Assembly: GCA_964016885.1 (NCBI GenBank)
Contig: OZ024745.1
Coordinates: forward strand, 68,882,001-68,946,000
Source of the DNA: Eledone cirrhosa
Lineage: Eukaryota
Direction of reading: 5' to 3'
DNA length: 64,000 nucleotides
The stretch's first letter is position 1. Each line of letters starts with the position of its first letter. Of the stretch, positions 52,813 through 64,000 are shown piece after piece. Made by a program: the position numbers and the translations under genes. The notes below the pieces were generated by a model. It was not told the DNA's origin. It saw only the letters and a list, made by a program, of their open reading frames with translations, and made no database searches.

Positions 52813-52992
52813 GTGACTTTTAATAATGACCTTTGGTCTTTCACACTCACTCGATGTATGTATGTATGTATGTATGTATGTATGTATGTATGTATGTGTG
52901 CATCTATCTATATATACATACACCACCTTCACCACTAATTGATTTGACAAATGTCTTTTACCCAATGATACCAAATATTATTTGTGTGTAAG

Positions 52993-53023
<31 letters not shown>

Positions 53024-53151
53024 ATACTTTGGGAGGGTCATGTTGCCAATAAGAAACACACGCACCAGTTGCTTTCACTTCAATTTATTATAAATTTTAT
53101 AAATTTCCGGTTGGTTGGTTGGTTCTACAACCGGATGGTTGTTTATATATT

Positions 53152-53194
53152 GTCAAAGTTCTTTCGTCACACATTCTGTGACCTCTTCAGTGAC
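53152..53194 (-). ncRNA. Minimal type-I hammerhead ribozyme motif in the PLE 3' pLTR
   Basis: Minus strand reads GUCA-CUGAAGA-G-GUCACA(GAAUG)UGUGAC-GAAA-G(AA)C-UU-UGAC. Stems I and II are perfect and stem III is minimal. Confidence 0.75.
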
Positions 53195-53389
53195 TGGGGA
53201 TTCTTTTCTTTGTTTTGTGCCTCTCCTTTGTTCTGTCCTACGCCATCTTGCTTTTGTGTGTGTTGTGTGCTTGGTTTGCACATGTGTTACACCCGGATGT
53301 CTGTGTGTGTTTTATTTGTTTATTTATTTGTTTATTTACATGTTACTAGTTAGTTGTGTGTTCTATGTATGTGTGTTTTCATTTTGTCC

Positions 53390-54100
53390 TTAATTGTAAG
53401 TTGTGATGTTGCTATTCCATTCATGTTTTCTATTTAATTTTGGTTGGAGTTCATTTATGTTTATTGCCTCTGTGATTTGTCTAAGCATTGCGTTTTTTCT
53501 GTGTGTAGATTCTATTTTTATCTCTATGTTCTCTAATTTGCCCTTATGTTCTATTTTAGCATGTTGGTGGAGTATTGATGAGTCTTTTCTATCTTGGAGT
53601 TCTCGCCAATGTTCATTTAATCGTTCTCCTATGCTACGAGCTGTCTCACCTATGTACATTATATTCTTATTTTTACATTGTCCCTCAGTACATCTTATGC
53701 TATATACTATGTTTCTAGTTTTACAGTTAATATGGGGACTTACCTTACAGATTATGCATTTCCTATCTATAGAGAGAGGTCTTTGAAAAGGGTATGTATT
53801 ACTAATTAGTGTTTTTATGGAGGTACCTGGTCTTTCAACAATCTTAATATTTAGTTTAAGTTTATCTAGGGCCCTTCTAAATTTGTAAGCTAGTTCACCT
53901 CTAGGGGTTGTATTGATGAACATTACACTCTGGTATTTATTGCTATCATACCATGAGTTTATTTTATTAACCTTATTCCTAGTTCTTTCTATTCTATTCC
54001 AAAATAATGATACAAATGGGACCTGCCCCTTGTATAGGAGCAAATTTTGGAATAGAAACTGTGTCGATATATCTATGTTTACATGCATGAATGAATACAC
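53390..54100 (-). pseudogene. PLE ORF remnant (GIY-YIG endonuclease; RT domain absent)
   Basis: 236-aa frame with VY..YIGET.RS..ER..EH motif. No RT motifs seen upstream. Confidence 0.85.
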
Positions 54101-54365
54101 TAAGCTTTAGATTTAGTAGAATGTACAACCACTGATTCCTATTTGCACTATCGTATATTTGCACTATCGTATATTTTGGTTTCTAGTAATTCCTTGGAGA
54201 ATTGGTTGACCAAATGCTTTGCTTAATTGTTTTATTTATTTATTTTAAAATTTCATTCTTTCTCTTAGATTTCAGGTATTTTTTAAAGCAAAACATTGGC
54301 CCCTAAAATACTACAGTGGGCCTTGCAATGGAGCCCAATTGCCATTGGGCAACTGGCCAGTCCGC

Positions 54366-54397
<32 letters not shown>

Positions 54398-54401
<4 letters not shown>

Positions 54402-54539
54402 GGTGGCGCAAAAGTAACGCTCCATCCTAATCACGAGAAAAAACCGTTTAAAGAAAAGAGCCGATAATTTTTTTTTACGTAACATTCATTATTACAAAAT
54501 AATTATTATGGTGTGCGACCTTCACGGCACGCCACCCTT
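54398..54539. mobile_element. Tc1/mariner-like MITE (decayed)
   Basis: CATGGTGGCGCAAAAGTAACGC.. and ..GTGCGACCTT..CGCCACCCTT with TA flanks. Confidence 0.4.
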
Positions 54540-55029
54540 ATATATTCATTCGTGACGCTAAACTCCGCCAGTTGCAGACCCGCACCAACATGAGATATTT
54601 TTCACCACAAAGTTCGATCACCAGCAACAGAGTTTGAAGAGCTTATATATACATCCACACAATCACAGAGTGGAAGCCATTTACTGTGATCACCTTTGAG
54701 CGAAACCTTTTCAATAATTGCTGCTAGGTAAATAAAAAGTTAAGGGCATACTAATTTTGATAATAACCAGTTGATAACGTTTCCCTTGATTATAATAAAC
54801 GGCTTCACTGTGTATATGCGAGTGTGCTCTCGCATAATCAGACAGACAAATAGATAGACATCGCTTTTATAATTACAACATACTTTACATATCTAACGCT
54901 TTTCCTTGGTAAACATTCCAAAGGTAAACATTCGACGCCAGATATTAACGTAAGTTTATAGTACTGTATATAATACAGGACTCTTTATAATGACCTGACC
55001 TGTCTACTTGGTTAGAGTGAGTTTTTGTA

Positions 55030-55330
55030 GTTGAGGCAGACTGCACGCTGAACTGTAATTGTTATACTACACAGTGTACTGTAAATAGTCAGGTAGACTG
55101 CATTTTGAACTGTAAATGGTCAGGTAGACTGCATGTTGAACTGTAAATAGCCAGGTAGACTGCATGTTGAACTGTAAGTGTACAGATAGACCTGATACTA
55201 AATGTAACTGATCTGGAAAAAAGACCGCATGATGAACTGTAGGAGGTCAGATTGACCACACACTGAACTGTAGCTGGTCAAGTAGACCGTACATTGAACT
55301 GCAGCAGGTCTGGTGGATCGCATGATGGAA
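55030..55330. repeat. 31-bp minisatellite, ~9 diverged units
   Basis: Unit approximately AGGTAGACTGCATGTTGAACTGTAAATAGTC. Confidence 0.85.
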
Positions 55331-57346
55331 TGGTGCCCTATATAAACATATTCCACTTCACAGTCAAGTGGTTATTGTATACTTATATGCTTGAGGACAA
55401 TTCCTACCAATCGTCAGGAGTGAATAAACATAGCCTTCGAACGATGGTACAAAGTGGAGGAGGTATATACGTGATTTAATCACTATGTTGATTAGCTACA
55501 TCGGCTAAAAATGGGGTTTGGATTTCTGACTATTTATCAGACATAAAATGGAGGGTGTCGACTTATATTCAGATCGACTTATATTCGAGTATATATGTAG
55601 TTATAAACGCGCGTGGTATTATGGGTAGGGTGTTAACCTCACGATTGTAGAGTGGGAGTTCGATACCCGGGCCGAATGGCACGTTGTGTCCTTATACATA
55701 TTTATTTCACGTCGCTCTTGTTTACGTTTTTGGAAATGGGTACCAACAGCAGCAGCAGCCGAACGTTAACTTTACGATGGACAAGCGGCGTTCCTAAACA
55801 AATGAGGGAAGTCTTGTATTCTCGGCAGATTAGTGTCATATGAAACTGAAATACATTGTAACCAGGGCATATGGAAGAGGGGTCCAGCCGGTACTTTATT
55901 CCGGTGACCAGGAGCTAAGAAGGCCCTACAGCAACCGTGCAACATCCATTTTAAGAAAAATCTTTGCCTGCTTCAGGCCCCAAAGGGGTCTTGTACCACC
56001 TTGCAAATATTCTCTTGGAGGTCCTGGTTGTGACCTGATGAGACTCTGGGTTTAAGACAGACTTTAACCTTTTACATCAATTAATATAATTAATGGGATA
56101 TGCTGAAAGACGTTTTCAAACTTTCGGCATCAACGACAAAAAATAGTACACAATTTTTGTCGTAGTTTGTGTGAGATCATTGCTGATGATGGTACATTGA
56201 ATATATACACATACATGTACCCCGCCCACCATGTGTGTGTGTGGTTGTGATTAGTGTCTCTGTATAGAGGGATTATATGAGGGGGTGTAAATGTGTCTGT
56301 AAGAGTGTGCGTGTGTACAAAGATATAAATATTGAAGATACCACAATCAATATATTAGAAAAAAAAGGCAAAAATCTGTAATGATCTGTAATAGAAAATA
56401 ACGTCTTTAAACATAGGACTCACCTCTCCTCACGGCATTTTAAAATTTACCTTTTACTGTTTTGTAAGAGAGGGAAGAGCAATGCTCATGATCCTTTAAA
56501 GACTTCCATGACTGGTAGGCGAAAGGATTAAGGTATCCTAAAACTCAGTGCTCTCTGAAACATAAGTCACATTCCTCTCATTGCAATCCTAGATTTCATC
56601 CCATGTGGAATTGTCTATGGCCCAGGGTGGTGGATTGGCATATAGTTATGACCCTTTACGTCTTAAGTTCAAATTCCGCCGAGGTTAGTTTTGCTTTTCA
56701 CCTTTATGGGGTCGATAAAATAAAGTACCAGTAATATATCTATATATAAAGACGTTGTTGCTCCTCGACCTCGACCTTCCACATTTCTGGAGAGAGGGGT
56801 GCTGTGAGTGGTCTGCCACACCCCTACTCACAGCGCAACGTAGCCTATTCCGAGAGAGTGAGGGGGCGAGCAAGAGATCCTATTACATAGACTGTATGTA
56901 TGCATATATATATATATATATAAAGCATACACACAGCATATAATAAGGTATATATGTATCTACGCGCGCAATCACTCACATTATGCATATATGTGAGTGG
57001 TGTATATAAGAGAGGAAGAAAGTGAATGTATGTCAGGTGGTAATGTTTATATGCACACGGAATTCCTGAACACGATCCAAGACTATATCTAATACTACTA
57101 TTAACTTAGTTATTAAACAATAGTGTTGTGTATGGCTGTGTAAGAAATCATAACCAGATGAGCTTTCGAGTGTTTCACCAATTGCCTCTCTTGTATATCT
57201 CCTGCTTAGAATCTATTCAATGTTAATGTAAGCAGGTATATTCTATACTCTACTTTATAATTGTGTCAGTAGTGCAGAAATATATTGGCAGGCAAAAAAT
57301 TATGTGGATCTGAATCACATGTGGTTTGCATATACAGAGGTATAAA

Positions 57347-57640
57347 AAGCGCGTGGCTTAGTGATTTCTAATCATTGCGCTCACGTCCGTAAGGTTATGA
57401 GTTCGACCCCCAGCTATGCGTTATCTCTTTAAGCAAGACATTTTTATTTTACGTTGCTCCAGTCCACCCAGCTGGCAAAAATGAGTTGTACTTGTAATTT
57501 AAAAGGGCATTCTGGTCACATAATGTACGCGCTGAATCTCCCTGAGCATTACGTTACACATGCCTATGCAATTTTCCGAGCAGGTTGATCAGTGTTCGAA
57601 CAACTGGAATACTCATAGCAAGAACTGACAGAGATCCAAC
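57347..57640 (+). mobile_element. SINE family B, tail type 2 with (CAA)n end
   Basis: Head, core and tail match. Confidence 0.75.
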
Positions 57641-58169
57641 AACAACAAACTCGCATCATAATAGATTCTTGAACTACACTAGTCTGCAGAGCCGGTATTT
57701 GGTTGCCATAAGTTATGCACCCCATTCTCCCAAATAAATTAATTTAATCTTACAGATAAGCTAATAGATAATACTTACTCTGGATAATACTTACTCTGAC
57801 CACAGTATAAAAATTATAAGCCTATATTTTTAATACATTGTCCACATTCAACTACGCCAGGCGAGGTGACAGGTTATAATATCATACGACCCTCTCAACC
57901 CCTTTTGATAGTTATATAATGTTGTTGCGCAATAAACATGTTCAGGGATTGATTTATTGATCACCAAAAAATATTCAATTTATCAAGATTCAGATCTGTG
58001 CTCTAGGTGGTTGCCTAATTGGCCTTAATGGTAGGGTCAATCCTGCTTGTCTGGCACGTGTATTGTTTTGAAACAGTGACCTGAAACTACAGAAACTACA
58101 TCGTAGTTGAAGCATTTTAGCCATGCAAAAAAGAAAAAAAACTGTTAACTTCACTTGTCTTTTAAACAA

Positions 58170-58390
58170 TAACACCACTGAGATGTTCACGAGGTGCATC
58201 TGGGAGCAAAGACTAATCTCACGGAGGCTGACGTCACAAAAGCTATTAAAGTGCTCAAATATGACAAAGCCGCCGGGGCGGATGAAATTCAGCCCTAGAT
58301 GTTAAACGCCTTAAAAAATAGAGAGTCTGGCTGACTCGTATGTGCTAGGTGGCTTGGATCTCTGGAAAGGCACCTACGCAATGGCAACAT
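58170..58390 (+). mobile_element. RTE LINE RT N-terminal fragment
   Basis: KAAGADEIQP*MLNALK..WLTRMC*VAWISGKAPTQWQ. Confidence 0.75.
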
Positions 58391-59097
58391 GTATGTTATG
58401 TGTGTATGTGATTGTGTGTGTGTGTGTGCATGTGTCTGTCTATTTTTGAGTGCGTGCCAGCACTGTAAGGGAAAATTATTTATTATATTCTGAGTATTTT
58501 GAGTTCAAATTCCGCCCCCTTCCGCCTGCCAGAAGGTGTGACCAACATATATCAACAATCGAAAGACCCGTGGAAATAGTTTCCTTGGTTCCATCTCACT
58601 GTTGGCTTCCTTTTTTTTCTCTTTATTTTCTTTCGTCATAGCTGACTGAGTTCACCCCACCCCGTATTACGTATCTTACAAGAACGAGGAAAACATGATA
58701 ATGGATTTAAAAAAAAAACCACCATTGAATGCTCAGCATGGCCGCCGTCCAAACGAAGAATAAAAGATATTTATTTTTCTTGTTTATTTCTTCCTATATA
58801 CTACAGTGCCGTTTTTTTCTTTTTTGCTATAATGTTATTCTGTTTTGCTCATAGAACAGTCACCCTAACCATCACCAATATCTTCGTCAGCAGTACACTA
58901 CTCCACCAACACAACTACCATCACCACTATATTCCACCACCACTACCATCATCATCATCATCATCATCATTAAAGTGTTATACATTAGATTATTATGTAT
59001 ATGAGGTGTTTCTTCATCCGAGAAAATTCCTTTGAAATGTTACTCTCTGTTGGTTACCAATGTAACAGAAAGATATCAATAGCAAAGATACAGGCAG

Positions 59098-59101
<4 letters not shown>

Positions 59102-59153
<52 letters not shown>

Positions 59154-59329
59154 TCATATTTATATAAACATATACATACACGTCCACATATATACATACA
59201 CACTTACACATATACACAACCGCATATATTCATACACACACACATATACTCAAGCACATATATTCATACACACACACACAACCGCATATATTCATACACA
59301 CACACATATACTCAAGCACATATATTCAT

Positions 59330-59374
<45 letters not shown>

Positions 59375-59404
59375 AAAAAGAAAATATATATATATATATA
59401 TATA
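59102..59404. repeat. Compound TA/CA microsatellite with ~30-bp higher-order unit
   Basis: Direct reading (GCA(C)ATATATTCATACACACAC repeated). Confidence 0.9.
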
Positions 59405-59800
59405 CAGTGTGCGTGTGAATGTAGATGCATGTGTATGTGTGTGCGTGCTGAAAAAAAAAGTGGCTAGCTGAGAGATACGCGCTGAAACTAATACAATTGG
59501 GAACATTGTAATTCAAACAATTCTACACACGTACACGCGCACATATATACACACACATACAGGCAAATAAACACCCAAACAAATATAAGACTAAAGAAAA
59601 AAAAAAACGCGCACACACAACATTTATATTCATTATCCAACCATCCAATGAAAAACAAATGCTGCAAAATTTTGAACCACGCTGTTTACTTCATGTTTCG
59701 TTATAATCCAGCCACTGCAAAAAGTGTTTACATATACATGCTAGAAAATACACACTCACATCATTCATACATGCACGCCCCCTCCCCCCATACAGACACC

Positions 59801-59832
<32 letters not shown>

Positions 59833-59835
<3 letters not shown>

Positions 59836-59945
59836 GGTTGCACCGATAAATCGGCCGATAATCGTTATCGGCCATATTCCCGATTGATCGGTATCGGCTT
59901 TTTTCCGATTAATCGGTTTTTATAATCGGCCATTATCGGGACAGA
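59833..59945 (+). mobile_element. hAT-like transposon end with ATCGG/CCGAT subterminal repeats
   Basis: TAAGGTTGCACCGATAAATCGGCCGATAATCG.. with about ten ATCGG/CCGAT units. Confidence 0.55.
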
Positions 59946-60294
59946 AAAATTTGGAAACCATATAGATTCATGAAGAAATACACAAGAACATTATTTTCTA
60001 GAAGATAATCTAAGCCTAACACAGTGACCGTAAGTTCCCGAGTGTCGAAGTATTAATCGTTTTTAATTAATCTTTAAATGTGTTTAATCGAAAAAGAATA
60101 AGAGGTCTTATTTGCAGTTGTATAAATGACATTACAAACATATTTTAAATATATACATGAATTACTCGCAATTCGTTCAGTAGAACTTTACAAATATGTT
60201 TAATTAATCCTATAAAAAGGAACTAGTTATAAATGTATAAATATTTCGATTATATGTTTATAAGTTTATTTATTGTTATTGTGTTTGGAAGCTA

Positions 60295-60790
60295 TATTCT
60301 CTGGCCGGACATCACAGATGCTGCCATAAATGTGAGGGCCACTGATTCCGTTGCAGAACGGAATCTAATCCTAAAATACCGGGATCTATCCAACAATTTT
60401 TTTTCCAGCCTTTGGCATTCGAGACGTTTGCTGGGCCGCTGACAGCGAATTTGTTGTCATCGTTAGCGGTTCGTCTTACTGAGGTGTCAAGTGATGCCTG
60501 TGAGGGTGCCTGGTTGTTTCAGCGCCTTAGCCACGCTATCACCTGCGGTAATGTAACGATCGTATTAGCTTGCCTCAAAATATTGTACAGAACTTTGTGA
60601 TTGTCTTTATTGCTTCGCTTTTTCTTTCTTTCTCTCGCTCTGGTCGTATAATATGAGGTTCCTAGCAATAGTTAATTGCAGTTGTTGTATGTGTTTATAT
60701 TTCATTCTAAAAGAACTGTGAGCAATTTGTAATCTTATTTATGTATATTTCAAACAAATAAATTCTTTCAAATAAAACTGAAAGTCAAAT
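60295..60790 (+). mobile_element. CRE-clade non-LTR retrotransposon 3' end (RLE C-terminus + UTR)
   Basis: KYRDLSNNFF..AFETF..GPLTANLLSSLAVRLTEVSSDACEGAWLFQRLSHAITCGN motif. Confidence 0.75.
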
Positions 60791-61532
60791 AATAAAAAAG
60801 TATATATAGTAAAACTGGCTTGATCGTCACCAGATCTATAAGTTGAAGTAATAAGGAAATTCGGATTTTGTTACAGCGTTAGGGAGTAAAGGCAATAAAG
60901 AATGCTATCCAGACTGTAGTTAAAATCTGAGTACATTTTGCATTACATCTCTGCCGTTTAACTAAAACCCTCCAAAGTCTCAATTATTTCAAAATCGTAA
61001 GCATCGTCTTTCATTAGAAACGTGCTAATGAAAATGTTAAATAAATTACAAATCAGAAGAACATCAAAAGTAGATATTTCATATAAAATTAGATAATTCC
61101 TTTTAATTACTGACAAAATGATCTAAGTGTAGATTTGGTTCATTTATTAGAGAGAACATCCTGTCAATACAAACAAGAGAAACAATATGTAATATGGCTG
61201 AAAATATATTAAGATTTTACATAAATCAAATACAATATCTCTAGATTTTAATAACAAATAAAATAAATTATTGGATATTTTCAATAAATGATCTCAAACA
61301 TTATTAATTTGTAAATTACACCATTGTTTATCAATGTTTATCAATATGTATAAGAAAATGTACTCACATGTTTGGCTGATTTTATATGACAACTCTTAAA
61401 ATACCCCGCTATAATTTTAGAAGCATAATTGGTGACCTGTTTTAAAGGAAATAAAGACAAAACTATAAATATAACAATTTAATTCATTAATTAAATGATT
61501 AACTACATTTATGAAAACTAATTCCAAAATGT

Positions 61533-61980
61533 TTAACTCTTTTAAACCAACCCACATGAAACTGCTCTTGGTTCTACAATACAGAACAATCTATTTTAAA
61601 ATGTTTATCTTTATCTCAATCTTTCTATAATGGTTCCTGATTTAGGCAAAAGGCCAACAATTTTGCAGGAGGTGAAAGTCGATTAAATCGACTTCAGTGC
61701 ATTACTGATACTCTATTTTAATGATACTGTAAGTATGAAAGGCAAAACTAACCTCAGCAAGATTTGAACTCTAAACTTAGAGGGACGAAACTATATGTCA
61801 CAAAGCTCTACTGATACTGCCAATCCACCTTCAATAATAATTTTATTCAAGAATCTTTGGTAAGCTATGTTCTAGCTCAATATTGAGAATGTTACTGATA
61901 TAACTAAACCTTTTCAAATTTAAAATGATTTTAACATCATAGAACAGTGTCTTTCATTAGAAATATAATGAAAGAGTTGA
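61533..61980 (+). mobile_element. Abundant piggyBac-like non-autonomous family (many decayed copies, e.g. ~4250-4683, 6550-6800, 12900-13420, 22050-22262, 27390-27617, 29900-30110, 40057-40555)
   Basis: Recurrent left end TTAACCCTTTT.ATACCAA.C.ACCTGAAAC..GGTTCTATGATACAA and right end CTTTCATTAGAAATAT..AATGAAAGGGTTAA. Confidence 0.6.
61633..61830 (-). mobile_element. SINE family A, long subfamily
   Basis: Reverse complement of the core plus the extra segment. Confidence 0.75.
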
Positions 61981-64000
61981 TATGTGATTAACAGTACACA
62001 TTTGTTGACATTACTGAAGGTTGATGTTTACACTGAAACATCAACTGAAATCCTGTTGTGTAAAAAAATAGAAATTAAAGCTGCTCATATCCTTTTGATT
62101 CGATCACCATCATGGGATAAATGGAAATATGTTATTCAGTTTGACTAGAAGGTACTTGAGTATCATCGTCCTCCTTTTATGTTCACTTTCTATGATGATA
62201 TGGGTTGGATGATCTAAGACTCAACAAGTCAGAGAGACATTATCTTGCTCATACATTCCATATTTTAGCACCTATTACTAATATAATGAGCAGTTTGAAA
62301 TAGGGTCTACATTTCACATCTGTCCGGGGTTAATTATCAGTTTGTACAGGCCTGGTCATGGCTGGAATGCCTTTGATTATAAGTCTACTTCATTCAAGTC
62401 TGACCTGGAGCAAAACTACAATATTCCTCATGTCTCTACAAATGTGGTTTAACCCTGACCACATTACTAGCTTAAAACCACATAAACAAATTTGACAAAC
62501 AGTTTTAGTATTAACAGTACCAAGAAGAACTGATATATAGTTGACACTATTTAGTTTCAGTGAAGTAGTAGCAGAGACTAATTTTCTTTCGGCTTCAAAA
62601 GAACTACAAGAGAGAAAACATCATCATTTCAATCATTATTTTAGGTCTGTTTTCCATTATGGTATTGGTCAGATATGGCCAGATAATTATGTCTTGCTCA
62701 TATGTTTCTATGGATGGATGCATTTCATAATGCTACCTACTAGAGTGTGATGGGTGCATTTTATTGTGGCACAAACATTACTACTTACAGAGTATACTAG
62801 GTACATTTTATTACAGCACCAGCACTTCACAAAGTGTACTTGGGGAATTTCATTGTGGCACCAGTACTACCCTTGCATTGAGTGCACTACCACTTTACAG
62901 AGTGGACTGGGAGCATTTCATTGTGGGTTCAGCACTCTCACTTACAGATGTAAAATAAAAATAGGATAAATTTACAGTCCAAGGAAACTACTGGTAAAAC
63001 TGACTTGGTAAATATTATTTAGTAAAATTATCAAAATATCTGATATAGTGGAAAGAATTAAAAACATTTCAAATGCAGATGGTACAGAATCGTCAATGCT
63101 ATTAAAGTAATTTTGTAACTTGCATATATACGATGATATATTTTCTGGTTTCTATAACCAGCATAAAACTACTTTACAAGCATTTTAAATCCCATCTTGG
63201 CAGAAATTTAATAGGATAAGGTTATTACTGACTGTTATAGTAGCCTAGCCAAAGGATCCTGGCATGGATTTCTATATAAACAGCTGCTGCAACTAGAGAT
63301 GCTTAAGTGTGCCAAGAAAGTAATTTAAAGAAATGTTTCATTTTTGAAAATTAGCTCATTGCTAGAGATAGTCATGAAAGATGGCAGCAAGCTCCAATTC
63401 AATAACCGTCACTATCACTTAAAAGTGAAGATAAACATTGCTTTTAGCTGTTGATTTTTTCTTTTTTTCATATACATCTTTACTTGAAGCAGTTAGAGGG
63501 GATGTTGTGTGTTTCCTTTATTATTATTTAAATTCATATTCATAGTTTGCTCTAGGATTCTTCATTTGAAAATATTTTGTTGTTGTAGAGAGAGAGAGAG
63601 AGAGATAGATAGATAGAGAGAGAGAGAGAGAAAACGTGTTATTGTTTAACCCCCAAGTTAATCCTGACTGAGAAGCCCCACATTAATGATGTTACAACTA
63701 TGTCTATTCCATATAGTTTTTTTTTCATACATAGTATATCTCGAACTACATTAGCTAGTGAGTCTTTCCTTTAATAAAATAGACAAGCATTCTTTTAGTG
63801 GTATCATACTGCATTGCTGTTTTTAACAGGTCCTGTGACTAGTGATTCCTAAACTTATTTTGTTGTGGGATCCAAATAAAACAATACAGTGCCCCTACAA
63901 CTCTATCAGGAGTTATGAGTCCATACATGCATACAATCTCTTATTAATATTAGAGTAATGGGTATTATATTTTATGTATAATCTCCACCACTCTAATTTT

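Larger units (their letters stand above)
53020..54110 (-). mobile_element. 5'-truncated Penelope-like element (PLE): C-terminal linker plus GIY-YIG endonuclease and 3' pseudo-LTR
   Basis: ORF 53390-54100 contains TPRGELA..IKIVERPG..PF..CIIC..NCKTRNIVYSIRC..C..MYIGETARSIGERLNEH..LRQITEAINI..PKLN, a PLE-type GIY-YIG with Cys-rich linker. A hammerhead motif and AATAAA follow the stop. Confidence 0.9.
52414..54370. mobile_element. hAT-like non-autonomous element with nested SINE and PLE insertions
   Basis: Termini TAGTGGTGGACTAG / CCAGTCCGCCACTA, with (TA)n on both flanks. Confidence 0.55.

Noticed and set aside
53403-53786. 127-aa plus-strand ORF
   Set aside because: Antisense shadow of the PLE GIY-YIG ORF.
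55030-55330. CRISPR-like array
   Set aside because: Contiguous diverged tandem units with no unique spacers, eukaryotic context and no cas genes.
63200-63420. TATA-like and AAGATGGC motifs as a promoter
   Set aside because: Short motifs are expected by chance and there is no linked exon.

Overview
AT-rich, repeat-dominated eukaryotic (animal) genomic DNA. The SINE, LINE and microsatellite repertoire looks like a coleoid cephalopod such as Octopus; this is inference from recalled repeat families, not a search. Almost all listed ORFs are spurious translations of (TA)/(CA)/(TGTTG) microsatellites or SINEs. The only credible host-gene signal is a minus-strand first coding exon at 38519-38727 (CAAC-ATG, upstream in-frame stop, GTAAGT donor, tandem RRAS motifs, overlapping uORFs). 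If it is real, positions ~1-38.5 kb are probably one large, CpG-depleted intron. The rest is mobile DNA: several tRNA-derived SINE families, with young copies carrying clear 11-17 bp TSDs and an ATTA-start target bias; fragments of RTE, CR1/L2, R4/Dong and CRE LINEs; a Penelope-like GIY-YIG fragment; and mariner-, hAT- and piggyBac-like MITEs. The most notable signal is a set of minimal type-I hammerhead ribozyme motifs and short fold-back-plus-tail elements inserted in (TA)n tracts. Together they look like several families of Penelope-like pseudo-LTR/ribozyme retroelements. All coordinates and folds were read by eye and need computational confirmation.
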